From positions 124,001-188,000 of IMG/VR virus record IMGVR_UViG_3300035156_000206: a stretch of DNA of 64,000 bases; one strand, 5' to 3'. This document shows, piece by piece, positions 10,201 through 19,921 of the stretch; the stretch's first letter is position 1, and the number at the start of each line of letters is the position of its first letter. Below the pieces are notes generated by a model. The model was not told where the DNA came from, made no database searches, and saw only the letters and a program-made list of their open reading frames with translations. The position numbers and the translations under genes are program-made.

Positions 10201-13200
10201 AGTGCATGGAAGTTGCGTGTGTCAATACGGTTACCACGGTTGTCATACACGATCGCCATAGCGCTCGAATCTTTCGAGTCGACGGTATTGAACTCTGATA
10301 CCACACCAGTTGGGTGCGTCAGCCAGATGTTGTTGCGGAATGGGTTCATCTCAATTTCACCCACCAGGTTAGCCATACTGTTGGTGCGGCTGACATTGCT
10401 TGCGTTCAGGTACAGTGTATCGATGAAGCTCTCAACTTCGAACTGCCAAGTGATCTGGCGGTTGTTGGAATCATCATACTCCAACACACTGCTGTCATTG
10501 AATACGATACCTTGATCTGTCAGGTACAATGAATAACCATCAACAAAGTCAACCACGTTCTGGATACCAGTAATAGGCACAGCGGTGCTGAACGAACGCA
10601 GGTCACGCTTGTTCACAGAGAAGTGTTTCCACAGAACTGGAGTGTGCTTACCTTCCAGTGAGTAGAATGTGCTTGTCAGCTCAGCCACGCTGTATACACC
10701 TGAACCATTTGTGACCAAGTTGATGTTGTGCCCGATAAGAGCTTCTTCCTTGCTGTTCGCCAGCATGAAGGTGGTGTCATTTACGGGAATGATGAAGTAG
10801 TATGTGAGATCATCAATGGCGTTAGGCAGCAAGCCTTGTACGCCAAGGTCGAATACAACGGGCGAACCAGCTACCCATCCAGACAATTCAATGGTACCAT
10901 TAACCATCGAGAAGGTGTTTGTTGCCAGGTCAGACGTGACGCGGTATTTCTTGACGCCATAGTAGAACGCGGTACGAGCTGCTGGGCAATGTGTTGCCAC
11001 ATCAAACTTCCAGTCTCGTCCTGCACCCATAGGGATCTCACGTGGGCTACCTGCTTGAGCAATCGATGCATATAGAGCATCAACCCAAACATCACGCACG
11101 TGGCGTGCAGTCTTTACCTCAACTGAGTAGTCATTAGGAGTCATCTCAAACAGACCTGAGTCGATTGAGAGTGTATTGTCGATCACAAAACTACCAACGC
11201 TGTAGCACAGCTGGGTGGTCCATGATGTCCAAGCACGCTTGAATTCACTTGCATTCAGGTCCAGAGCGTTGTAACGGAAGAAGTTGACGAACAGTTGGTT
11301 AACACCATCAAACAATTGTGTTACGCCATTGTTGTCTGTATCGCCGTGGAAAATCACATCGCGGTGCGACAGAACTTTGCTCGTGCGGTTACAAACTTCC
11401 AAGCCATTGACAGAAGTGAATTCTTCACCAAATGTGTAGTGCGTGAAGCGAATTGGATCAAGACGGAACATCGAACGCATCTCAGCGTACTTGTAGTCCA
11501 GTGTTTTCTTCCAGGCGCGCTCATGCAGTGCATCCTGACCAAAGTAGAAGTTGTTGCTTGCGATATCCGCAGTTGCTGGCATTACAGTCAGCAGAGCAGG
11601 GTAGTCAGCATACAATTCCACATCTTCAGCACTAGATGGTTCCCAGTATGGAGGGAACAGATCATCTGGACCATAACCATCTACGGTAGTGTGACTGAAT
11701 TGGTTGACCGGTACTTGTGGTACTGGTGCAACGGACCATGGCTCGACAGGCAAGATACCAAAATTGATGTTTGCCCACATATCAGTATTCCAACGACGAC
11801 CTTGAGTAGCACCGTCGTAATGGAAATCCCACCATGTTGGCTTTTGCTCGAAGCCTTGCAGTTTCCATGGCTCCAGATGAGGATATGATGTTCCGTACAG
11901 TGACTGATAAATTGCATCCCAACGTACTTCACCAGTCAAGACTGTCGAGTAGTTCCATGTGAATGCATCAGTGATATCGAAGTCACCACGGTAAGGCGCA
12001 GTGATCCGATTTGCTTTGCAGTATTCTTCGAACTCTGTTTGCATCAAGGCGGCAAATTGTCCAGCATCCACCTCTGGCAGATTGTCGATCCACAGGTCGC
12101 CCTCAGGAACACTATCAGCTAAGCGTTGCTCAATACGCAGCAGAACACTGGCGACAACATCTACCAGGTCAAATTCTTTCCACAGTACGTCAGCAGCCAG
12201 GGTAGTTTCTTCCCAAGCTGAGTTAACATTCTGGTACACCAGCTGAGTGATCGGGTTCAGATACATGGCCCCTGCTGGGTACACACGTGCATCCGGGATT
12301 GATGTGGTTACTGCAATCGCGCTGAAGCGGAACAACTGATCCCTTGTTGCATTGTACCACATTTCGCCTGGTTGAGCATCAAATGCAGACACGTATGGTT
12401 GCTGTACGCCATTTGGATACAGGTTCAGTGTCTTGATGATGTTGGCTTTAGCTACAGCACTGGTGATGCTATTCAGCTCATCCAAACTGCGGTGACCGTC
12501 GTGGTGAACCATTTCCAAGATGCCACGTTTGTCATCACGGATGTATTGTGGTGTCGATTTGCCGCTCATGCGCAGGTACGGCAGGGTGGCGATCCAGTTG
12601 GTGATAGCACCACGGGTCGTTACGCTGCTATCACCATAGATGCGTGACAGTGCAGTATCATTGCGCAGGGTAGTGAGCACTTTGCCTTCAATGAAACCAA
12701 TCAAGTCACCTACAGCACCATTGTCTAGGGAGTTCAGCGAAGCAACGATATTTTGCTCTACGTTCTCACGCACACGCACCAGCAGCTCGTTGTATTGAGT
12801 TGCCGCGAATGCCAGGATCGAAGGCAAGTTAAAGTTGCTGCTGATCAGGGACGAAACAAAATTATCGAATGAGTAGCTGTGCTCTTTAATTGTTCCACCC
12901 AGAGCATAGTTGATATTTTCCTGCAGACGGTACGAATTCGATGGAGTGAGGTTCACGCCATAGATCGAAGGGTCAGCAGGAGGCTGGTTATCGACAATCG
13001 ACTTGAAGTGCAGGAACAGCTCTGAGTAGCTCAGTTGGCGACGGCACTCGTGGTGCGCGTTCTTCATCAGTTGCTGAGGGATCTCATATACGCCATCAGG
13101 GTCTTCGTTGCCAACTGGCATACGGTCTGCATTTACTTTGGTTGGAACATACAGGGCTGCATTGCTCCACACAGAAGCAGTTGTGCCATCATCCGAGTTG

Positions 13201-14963
13201 ATGTAGAAGCGCAGGGTGTCATCTGCAGCGACTAAGTCGATATCAAATGTGAACTCTTTGGTCAGTGTGTTGTGCTTGATGCGGGAACCGAAATCGGCAT
13301 CAACGTCTGCTGTGCTATCTTCCGTAAATGTGACGATGCTTGTCGATTGGTTCAGAGCATTGCCCTTAACATCAACAACATTGAACAGTGGGTACTGATT
13401 GCGAGCGGTCTTGTATTGTTCTTGCTTACGGTATTTGATCAAGCAACGCAGTTCCAGAGGTGCATCGTCATCTTCCGATACACGCACCATGACCATCTCT
13501 TTACCTTGGTCTTCTTCAGCGATGGCATTTGGGTAGATCTCGACAACGTCACCAGCACTGAGTGGTTCAGTAAAACGAATGCGGTAGATTGGAAGTTCCG
13601 TGTAGGTTCCATACTGGCGGCGACCGTTCAAGTAGACGCGAGCTAACCCACCATCAAACAGGTACATTGTGGTTAGTGCAAAATCAGTCTGGCCTTCAAT
13701 CGCAGTGAACTGCTCGCCATTGTTGCCTTGGTACGCTAATGCTGGTTCCATTGTAGGCAGTGGTTGTCCCAGTTCAACCAACATCCAGTGATTGAACAGC
13801 CCTTTCCAATCATCGCCCAAGCTGGTTGTAGCGAATGGCAGAACGGTTCCAGAAGGATTGTCTGTTGTCAGATTGCCATCAACGTGGATGACGGTCACAT
13901 CACCTTCATAGAAGTAATCAACGCTGAGAGCATTCCACTTGCCGTTGTACAGTTCCGATCCTTCGATAGTAAATGGTTGATCCACACTAAGCTTGCTAGT
14001 TTGGTCGCCAGCAACAGTAATCGTGTCGTCATCACGACTTGATGCAACAACAGGCATACGATCAAACAATTCATTACGAGCTGGGCCTGTGGTGTTGATT
14101 TCCCAAGGGAAAGAAGCCGAGCGGCGGTACTGCCACACTTGTGGACGGTATGTGTATTCAGTCAGCTGGATGTTGTCATTGTACTCAATGATTGGCATCT
14201 TGGCTTGCTTGACGAGTGACAGATCGGCAACATCCAGACGGTGGATCCATTTGTTCTGGATAGCCCAATCAGATGTCAGCACGAACATACCTTCCATTTC
14301 ACCTGGCAGTTGTGCGAAGATATATGGAGGGTGAATTGGGTCCGCGATGATGGTCGTGAGGTTTGGGATAGAGATTCGTTGGTCTGCAGCCACGAAGGTG
14401 TTCACAGCATTCAACGCAAACTCAATATCAGCCCACAGAGCCAGCTTATCGTCAGCCGATGGGTAGTGCGAAGCCATCTGGCTCAACTGTGCTTGCAGCT
14501 TCGTCAGTTTGTTTTCAATGACGACGTACTCTGGATCGGTTTCACTTGACCAGTAGTATTCATTGTAGTTGGTAATCTTGTCGAGGTTGATAGGCAGGGC
14601 GTAATTGAACTGCTCAGCATTCTGCCACTCTTGGACACGTGACGTATCAATGCCTAGCTGCTCACAGAGGCGCTTAATATCTTTGTATGTAGTGATTTGG
14701 ACTTCCGAAGCGGCGCTATTTTTGATAGCTGGCTGCAATTGGAATGCCTGGTCATATGTGCTTGGTTCAACAATTTGATCATCCTGTGAGGATGTCTTGC
14801 GTTGTCCAATGGTGCCGATTACGCGCTGAAGTTCCGGCTTTGTGTAGAATCGATTGAATGTGGTCTCTGCTAGCGCCTTGGATAACGGGTTCTGATGGAT
14901 AGCAGGCAGCAGATTGTGCACGTCCGGACGACCCAGCTTGTAATCGCTATTATTTTGTGACAT
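7197..14963 (-). CDS. Very large baseplate wedge protein (gp7-like), 2588 aa
   Basis: Size; position after the gp6-like gene; HLEPWKLQGF and FYKGMIKAKGT motifs; late promoter upstream. Confidence 0.7.
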   Translation of the reverse strand: MSQNNSDYKLGRPDVHNLLPAIHQNPLSKALAETTFNRFYTKPELQRVIGTIGQRKTSSQDDQIVEPSTYDQAFQLQPAIKNSAASEVQITTYKDIKRLCEQLGIDTSRVQEWQNAEQFNYALPINLDKITNYNEYYWSSETDPEYVVIENKLTKLQAQLSQMASHYPSADDKLALWADIEFALNAVNTFVAADQRISIPNLTTIIADPIHPPYIFAQLPGEMEGMFVLTSDWAIQNKWIHRLDVADLSLVKQAKMPIIEYNDNIQLTEYTYRPQVWQYRRSASFPWEINTTGPARNELFDRMPVVASSRDDDTITVAGDQTSKLSVDQPFTIEGSELYNGKWNALSVDYFYEGDVTVIHVDGNLTTDNPSGTVLPFATTSLGDDWKGLFNHWMLVELGQPLPTMEPALAYQGNNGEQFTAIEGQTDFALTTMYLFDGGLARVYLNGRRQYGTYTELPIYRIRFTEPLSAGDVVEIYPNAIAEEDQGKEMVMVRVSEDDDAPLELRCLIKYRKQEQYKTARNQYPLFNVVDVKGNALNQSTSIVTFTEDSTADVDADFGSRIKHNTLTKEFTFDIDLVAADDTLRFYINSDDGTTASVWSNAALYVPTKVNADRMPVGNEDPDGVYEIPQQLMKNAHHECRRQLSYSELFLHFKSIVDNQPPADPSIYGVNLTPSNSYRLQENINYALGGTIKEHSYSFDNFVSSLISSNFNLPSILAFAATQYNELLVRVRENVEQNIVASLNSLDNGAVGDLIGFIEGKVLTTLRNDTALSRIYGDSSVTTRGAITNWIATLPYLRMSGKSTPQYIRDDKRGILEMVHHDGHRSLDELNSITSAVAKANIIKTLNLYPNGVQQPYVSAFDAQPGEMWYNATRDQLFRFSAIAVTTSIPDARVYPAGAMYLNPITQLVYQNVNSAWEETTLAADVLWKEFDLVDVVASVLLRIEQRLADSVPEGDLWIDNLPEVDAGQFAALMQTEFEEYCKANRITAPYRGDFDITDAFTWNYSTVLTGEVRWDAIYQSLYGTSYPHLEPWKLQGFEQKPTWWDFHYDGATQGRRWNTDMWANINFGILPVEPWSVAPVPQVPVNQFSHTTVDGYGPDDLFPPYWEPSSAEDVELYADYPALLTVMPATADIASNNFYFGQDALHERAWKKTLDYKYAEMRSMFRLDPIRFTHYTFGEEFTSVNGLEVCNRTSKVLSHRDVIFHGDTDNNGVTQLFDGVNQLFVNFFRYNALDLNASEFKRAWTSWTTQLCYSVGSFVIDNTLSIDSGLFEMTPNDYSVEVKTARHVRDVWVDALYASIAQAGSPREIPMGAGRDWKFDVATHCPAARTAFYYGVKKYRVTSDLATNTFSMVNGTIELSGWVAGSPVVFDLGVQGLLPNAIDDLTYYFIIPVNDTTFMLANSKEEALIGHNINLVTNGSGVYSVAELTSTFYSLEGKHTPVLWKHFSVNKRDLRSFSTAVPITGIQNVVDFVDGYSLYLTDQGIVFNDSSVLEYDDSNNRQITWQFEVESFIDTLYLNASNVSRTNSMANLVGEIEMNPFRNNIWLTHPTGVVSEFNTVDSKDSSAMAIVYDNRGNRIDTRNFHALRQDTITHIAATNQILDGAQTDNFMLVPDNVPFGGVHAYFDEYEHVLMFNPYTISNALVFDSFLGVAVSRLQAYFEKQQDSTKRPNIGGFVLKDGKFVQNYEYTTSNILKYYDTFTVNENSDFVNYARRMLGYTPNATYMTNTNVTPKSQFLFYKGMIKAKGTTGSIEAFTNSKHFQSAAVDEFWAYRAFDFGDNRPDVHYTMNLVPQDTISSHAKIQFVATPENTVQPYFTKVPMSDVSRWPNFPAQAASLSDSYALFGTVAKTNAQVSIQLIGARYIAFHTPGDVITVYQPVGAERSRTTGIAAGVGSVITMTGQTYLPNSGALNVFINGALRTVNVDYTEISDTSIQVIGNFGANAVVVIVPHVSTFVEGVHYHRLTNGMIQMVAPASNVWVTTRAVDYATLAPIHVYDEKAKTVVQELPAWDPIAGIHQATLAQYVDTYAKADPAVYNLSPSAITNGTTKFWNKPEVGNVWLDTNSFDYVSYKALHLTTNEKLVNWGKMEEWSDPAVYQWVESTVAPKDFKNGTPRSEVYSRSRVQFTATVSSTALNLGVVHGFSIGDDIVINADTLPHPLKEKTVYTVGAGSTFTTVVVADRAGVVIPLTMPGEGVITVSPATFKGAWTKVVPMVEHYYTININGSTLTTGLPVGSEFAMFADGVFVQDGPVLAGGVIDIEPETMLAFADSTRVRLTVIRKTGIIDGLLTTVPADLDLTPASEQSYVGYPHTKMDHVAVNGVSREPLYYFWVRGMAETIDSARTITTSTLEKLVSVNDRPYVICMNEVLVNGESRLSQLVLAGTAGIVSEPNRYTLRIRKNYTLRHQLNGSDGSMLKPTHAEWIMFRQNQDQHIDRSLWNMVTEAVIGHTIADADIAVPSLDRTIYDSVNGTSTRFGIGAGQTFVDGTEALETILLVLNSPEIDFEPIDIDYFLENHKMNTTVDLLAFMNDLYDSFPAKHVNQLFFAVMMDALANIDVDYSGSLMKTSAISINGTTPLNVNGEFDE

Positions 14964-14997
14964 ATGATTCCTTTGTGTATGAGGTACTAATCCATAA

Positions 14998-15005
14998 TAT
15001 TTATA
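14998..15005 (-). promoter_or_regulatory. Late promoter TATAAATA inside a 14-bp inverted repeat
   Basis: Exact consensus on the minus strand; repeat arms at 14987-15000 and 15008-15021. Confidence 0.8.
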
Positions 15006-15046
15006 GCATATTATGGATTAGCCAAAAACAGAATCAAATCAAGCAG

Positions 15047-18000
15047 TTACCGGGCTTGGTTGGTATTCACCGCGTTCAGTGCCGTTGTGATCTCAACATC
15101 ATCGATGTCCACGTCCGCTTGAATGATCTCGTCTTCACTCATATTTACTTGGAACATGTCACCGAAAAAGTGATTAGGGTAGAGAGGTACCAGAACCACT
15201 GAGTTGATATCAGAAGCCAGCTCTTTGTGGATCACGGCTGATAGCTCAGTGAAGTAGAACGATTCACCAAACTCCCAGTACGTGATATCAAAGAAGCTAC
15301 GCACCACATCACGAACCTTCAGTTTGATCTGACTGTCCGTCAGCACCGAGCGTGGGTTCTTAACAACCAGGAACTTTGCTTGGAGCTGTGGTGCTGCTTT
15401 GTCACCAATCACCAACTTGATCTTGCCTGGGTGGAATACCACCGTGTCCGAGATCATTGCGTTGACCAGTAAATCTTTGTAGTCGTTGCGCAACTGCATT
15501 GGAGTTGGAGGAAGTGGCTGTGCGCCGTTTCCTTCTAACCACGTTTGCAGGTTGTTGTAGTAACCCTTCTGAATCACAAATGCATCATTAATGTTCGTTG
15601 GTGATGGATCTACCAAGTGGAACATAGACGTCTGGTGCATCCACATGAAGTTCAGACCAGAACGGCCGCGAGTGCGACGGTACTTACGATCTTGAGCAGA
15701 CACACCTGCCAGTTCTTCCAGTGCTTGCAAAGTCCGAACTGTGCCGGTAGTCGTAACAAACTTCCATGGGGCCGAAGCACTAACGCGCTGGTGGTACACA
15801 AAGCTTGTACGAGTGACTGTGATCAACCCACTAGCAGGACGTGCGCTCAAACGCACAGTCGTTGTCAGATCACCTAATGCCACACCTGGGCTCTCTACCC
15901 AGCTCGTACCAACTCCGGAAACACTGATTTCATTCATTCCACGAACATACGCGAACGGCAGGGTGATGTCAACAGGAACAGACCCCGAAGCAGCAACCGA
16001 AATTGTATAGTCAGGGTCAATCAGTTCACCCACAAGCCCGGTACCACTCAGCTCGGATTGTACTGCATCGTATGCCACAACTTCCAGCTTGTTGATGTTT
16101 TGTAGACCAGATAACTCATCGTACACCACTCCAGACGGTACCATAGTTACAGCAGTCGACAGAGTACGGATACGTGATTCATTGGAAGTATTTGTGTCAG
16201 CCTGATCGTATTTGTTGGTGTTAGCCTTCAACAGGATGATCTTGTCACGCTCTGCCGTCAATGTGTCTTCTGCAACGATTGCTGAACCATTAGCAGCCCA
16301 GAAGCGAGTCGTTGGACTCTCAATCGTCATTTTGGTAGCAGCATTGCTTACGGTCCATCCAATGACATTACCACCATTCATTGTTGCATCAATGAGCATG
16401 ACGTAGTCTGATGTGCCAGCTGTTGATGCTGAATACACACCCGTTGTCGCGTTGTAGATGATATACACAGGATCAGGCCATACATTGTTTTGCAGTACGG
16501 TGGAGATCTGGAGCATCTCATCAGCTGTGAAGGTGCGACGAATATTTTGCACACGGTTGATAAATGCACGTGTGTACGTTCCCGCAGCAGACAGAGTAGG
16601 GATGATGTAGTTGGTGAACAACTTATCGGTATCGACCGGGTCCGTCACACGAACAGCATCGGTATAGTTCTCAAACATCACGATCATATCGTCACCAGCC
16701 AGCTTGACGTTTTCGTACGTCTCACTCGTATCGTGCCAACGTGAATACTTCGACTCGCCAGCATACGTGCGGTTGACAGTGCGCAACTTCAAGATCGTTG
16801 GATCCTTCAGTGGGTACAGATTGTAGTCTGCACCATTGACCATACGGTTCTGAGTGTAGTACACAGATGGAGCAACACGACGGATGTGTTCGATATCTTC
16901 AGATGCCGAAGCATTCTGCAGGTTCGAGATCAGAGATACAGTAAACTGCAACGTCTGTGGTTGACCCAGCTTGTCGATGTAGCGCAGCGAGAATGCCTTG
17001 TCGATAACAGCATTCAGAGGGATCGACAGGTTTTCATTTGCTGACGTGCGATACCAGAAGTCAAACGTTCCTGCTGGGATGTTAGCAAACTCACCATCAC
17101 CAAACACTACACGTACTTGGTCATTGTCGAGAGTTTCCGTCTCAAAGCGGTTGCGACCATTCGTGTAGCTGAAGATCACGTTCTGTGCACTTGTGGTGTC
17201 TACTTCTTCCCATTCGCCTGAGCGTTTGGTACGAATCGATCCATCATTCAGTATTTGCTCTGAGGTGATGTCGATGTTGTTGACCCACAGGTCAGTATCA
17301 TTGATGTTCGATGTTGGGATGTCGATGTATTGGTTTGGTGTCTTGCCGTCGAATGTACTACGTGTCGAAGACAACGTACCTTGTTTGGTAAAGAAGAAGA
17401 AACCAGTTGTAGGCGAATCATTGCCGAAACCATCTGAACCGTACAGCAAAGTCATCCCGCCACCATTCTCAGGACGACGTTCTGTAGGACCATAGCGATC
17501 TACACGCACTGGAACGATTTCCATTGGGTAAGACGTTCCGTCAACGCTTACAGCATATGGAAGAACGCTACGCTGCGTAGGAACGTTGTTAAGCGAGTAC
17601 AATTCAAAGAGAACGTTATCGACTTGAACGCGATCGCCAGGATTGACTGTTCCGATGTTGGACAGCGTGGCCGAGTTCATGATAGTGAGGAACTGTTCTT
17701 TCCACAGCAGGTTATTGGTATCATTCCAACTAACTTGCTTGCCTTTCAGAGGCGTACCGCGGGTATCGTACAGATCTTCAGATGTAGTCAGTGAGGTGAT
17801 CTTCAGCAGACCACGAGCAGGGATGTTACGGGTAGCACGGTACGAGATCAGTTTTGCAAGACGCAGTACGTTTTGCTTACGCTGTGCAACACCAATGAAG
17901 TTCTCGTGCGAGCTTACGTCAACACGGTAGATCAGAAGTTCGCCCAAGTATGCAAAGATCTCGATCATGGCGATGAATTCGCTTGATTCGATGAAGTCGT

Positions 18001-18142
18001 TGAAGCTCTCAGGGAAGTACAGCTTGAGGTAGTCTACGATCGACTGCTTGATCGATGTGTAATCGAATGCTGTGAAGTTGATTTGGTTAAATGCCTCGTA
18101 GGCCTTTTCCCATGCTTCTGCGCGTGATACTAAACGTGCCAT
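15047..18142 (-). CDS. Baseplate wedge subunit (T4 gp6-like)
   Basis: Motifs DYTSIK...FNDFIESS, LAKLISY, VVFGDG, EDIEHIR...TQNRMV..DY. Confidence 0.9.
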   Translation of the reverse strand: MARLVSRAEAWEKAYEAFNQINFTAFDYTSIKQSIVDYLKLYFPESFNDFIESSEFIAMIEIFAYLGELLIYRVDVSSHENFIGVAQRKQNVLRLAKLISYRATRNIPARGLLKITSLTTSEDLYDTRGTPLKGKQVSWNDTNNLLWKEQFLTIMNSATLSNIGTVNPGDRVQVDNVLFELYSLNNVPTQRSVLPYAVSVDGTSYPMEIVPVRVDRYGPTERRPENGGGMTLLYGSDGFGNDSPTTGFFFFTKQGTLSSTRSTFDGKTPNQYIDIPTSNINDTDLWVNNIDITSEQILNDGSIRTKRSGEWEEVDTTSAQNVIFSYTNGRNRFETETLDNDQVRVVFGDGEFANIPAGTFDFWYRTSANENLSIPLNAVIDKAFSLRYIDKLGQPQTLQFTVSLISNLQNASASEDIEHIRRVAPSVYYTQNRMVNGADYNLYPLKDPTILKLRTVNRTYAGESKYSRWHDTSETYENVKLAGDDMIVMFENYTDAVRVTDPVDTDKLFTNYIIPTLSAAGTYTRAFINRVQNIRRTFTADEMLQISTVLQNNVWPDPVYIIYNATTGVYSASTAGTSDYVMLIDATMNGGNVIGWTVSNAATKMTIESPTTRFWAANGSAIVAEDTLTAERDKIILLKANTNKYDQADTNTSNESRIRTLSTAVTMVPSGVVYDELSGLQNINKLEVVAYDAVQSELSGTGLVGELIDPDYTISVAASGSVPVDITLPFAYVRGMNEISVSGVGTSWVESPGVALGDLTTTVRLSARPASGLITVTRTSFVYHQRVSASAPWKFVTTTGTVRTLQALEELAGVSAQDRKYRRTRGRSGLNFMWMHQTSMFHLVDPSPTNINDAFVIQKGYYNNLQTWLEGNGAQPLPPTPMQLRNDYKDLLVNAMISDTVVFHPGKIKLVIGDKAAPQLQAKFLVVKNPRSVLTDSQIKLKVRDVVRSFFDITYWEFGESFYFTELSAVIHKELASDINSVVLVPLYPNHFFGDMFQVNMSEDEIIQADVDIDDVEITTALNAVNTNQAR

Positions 18143-18154
18143 GTGATATCTCTC

Positions 18155-18538
18155 TTATAATTGGGCATCGAATTCGAGGTGTAGGTCAAAGCGATCGACC
18201 ACATTCAACTCGATATACTGCAGAACGGCCGATGCAATGATACCGTTCAATTCGGGTACAGCAAACACATTCAGCTCGATCAGGGTAACACGTGGGTCAT
18301 AGTTGAAGACGTACTCCAACTGTTGACGCACTTCCTGGACGGTCTTTTCGTCTAGCTGCTCGAATAATAGATCTGGGATAGAAGTACCAAAGTTTGACAT
18401 CATCACGCGTTCACCACGTCTGGTATAGATGTGGTTCAGCAAGTCGCGTTTCACAACATCAATGTCAGCAAGTCTGAACGATTGTTTGTTGGAAAGGTAA
18501 CTGGCAGTTGAAAACCCACGGTATAAAGATAAAGCCAT
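18155..18538 (-). CDS. Baseplate wedge subunit gp25-like
   Basis: Motifs TRRGERVMMSNFGT, LLFE, YDPRV. Confidence 0.9.
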   Translation of the reverse strand: MALSLYRGFSTASYLSNKQSFRLADIDVVKRDLLNHIYTRRGERVMMSNFGTSIPDLLFEQLDEKTVQEVRQQLEYVFNYDPRVTLIELNVFAVPELNGIIASAVLQYIELNVVDRFDLHLEFDAQL

Positions 18539-18580
18539 TACTTACTCCTTGTAATGGCTTTATTTATCCTCATTGGCAGA

Positions 18581-19921
18581 TCACCGTCTCCAGTGCTTTC
18601 CACGCGGTATGGAAGTTCCACGTTCTGAAGTCCCAACTGCTGGATCATCATATGGAAATTCTGGTTCATGTGTTGTGTCATCCTTTGTCATCACTCGCGC
18701 GAATGGCTCGTGAGATGGTAGACGGTTTGTGAGCTTTGCTTCTTCTGGTGATGCAGATGCTGCAGCCTGTCCATTCATGTGGATCTGTGATCCTGTCTGT
18801 AGAATATTGCCTGACGCTTTCAAACTCAGCGCTGCACCACTTTGCACATTAACAGCAGCCTCTGCTTTAACCTCGAGCCCTGCATCAGTCTTGATGTTGA
18901 TATTGTCAGTTGCTTGGATGCTAACTTCAGCCTTGGACACCATGTGGATACCTTTGTCGGCGTACATACGAATAGTCTCACCAGCTGTGAAGTTGATGTC
19001 TGTCTCAGCACGGACGGATACACGCTTGCCGTACATATCGATGTTGCCATCATAATCCATCTCTACCCAGTTGTCTCCTTTGGGAGTGCTGATGTAGATA
19101 CGCTCATTCGTGTCATCCATCAAGATCTGGGCACCTGAAGTTGTTCGAACACGGACGCGGCAGTTCTCAGGTCTGTCATCCATCGAGAAGCTATGAAAGC
19201 CTGGTGTAGTCCACGAGTACACTGAACTATCATCACCAGCTTCACCATTCTGGTTTACAGCATAGCCATTCTTCACATCAAACGTTTTACCGTCATTTGA
19301 GGTAAATGGTGTTAATTGGGTTTCGTCAGCCTTGTCGCTCGGGGAAGTATCAACGTGCTCAGCCGTATTGCCTGTTGCCGAATAGTCAGCACCACGAGTG
19401 CGCCATTCGTACCCATTGGCATCCTTGAATGCCTTTTGCATATTGCTGTAGAGCGGCTCGATCGGGTCTTCGTACGAATCGAATGGTCCATCGGGTGTAC
19501 CACTTTTGCCTTTGTAGAAGAAGCGACCATGTGGCAGTGAGCTTACGGCACCTTGGTCGAATACACATCCGAGCCACACACGGTAGTAAGGATCTCCATC
19601 GACACAACAAACAAGAACGGTTGCTCCACGCTTGGGGATACCCCACAGCCCATACGCAACCGGTCCTTTTGATGAGAGGCCTACACTAGGACCACGCTTG
19701 AAATCTGAATTGACCATTCCACCAAGTGGTGAGACGTAGGTAGCCCAAGGTAAATTTTCACCTTGTAAGTCATCTGGGTTGTCGCCCAGCGTAGGACACA
19801 GAATCTTCAAACGACCCATCTGATGAGGATCGTTTGTTGCCATCACGGTACCAAGTGTTATGGAATCCATAGTTGTTTGCTTACCAACTTGTGAATTCCT
19901 GTTATTGAACTGTTTACCCAT
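18581..19921 (-). CDS. Baseplate hub/central spike (gp5/VgrG-like, no lysozyme domain)
   Basis: DPHQMGRLKI and LPWA OB-fold motifs; beta-helix repeats toward the C-terminus. Confidence 0.85.
   Translation of the reverse strand: MGKQFNNRNSQVGKQTTMDSITLGTVMATNDPHQMGRLKILCPTLGDNPDDLQGENLPWATYVSPLGGMVNSDFKRGPSVGLSSKGPVAYGLWGIPKRGATVLVCCVDGDPYYRVWLGCVFDQGAVSSLPHGRFFYKGKSGTPDGPFDSYEDPIEPLYSNMQKAFKDANGYEWRTRGADYSATGNTAEHVDTSPSDKADETQLTPFTSNDGKTFDVKNGYAVNQNGEAGDDSSVYSWTTPGFHSFSMDDRPENCRVRVRTTSGAQILMDDTNERIYISTPKGDNWVEMDYDGNIDMYGKRVSVRAETDINFTAGETIRMYADKGIHMVSKAEVSIQATDNINIKTDAGLEVKAEAAVNVQSGAALSLKASGNILQTGSQIHMNGQAAASASPEEAKLTNRLPSHEPFARVMTKDDTTHEPEFPYDDPAVGTSERGTSIPRGKHWRR

Noticed and set aside
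9561-10298. Long antisense ORFs (e.g. 9561-10298, 11295-11888, 61193-61813, 41663-42193)
   Set aside because: They are shadows of strongly codon-biased genes on the opposite strand, with no RBS or recognisable motifs
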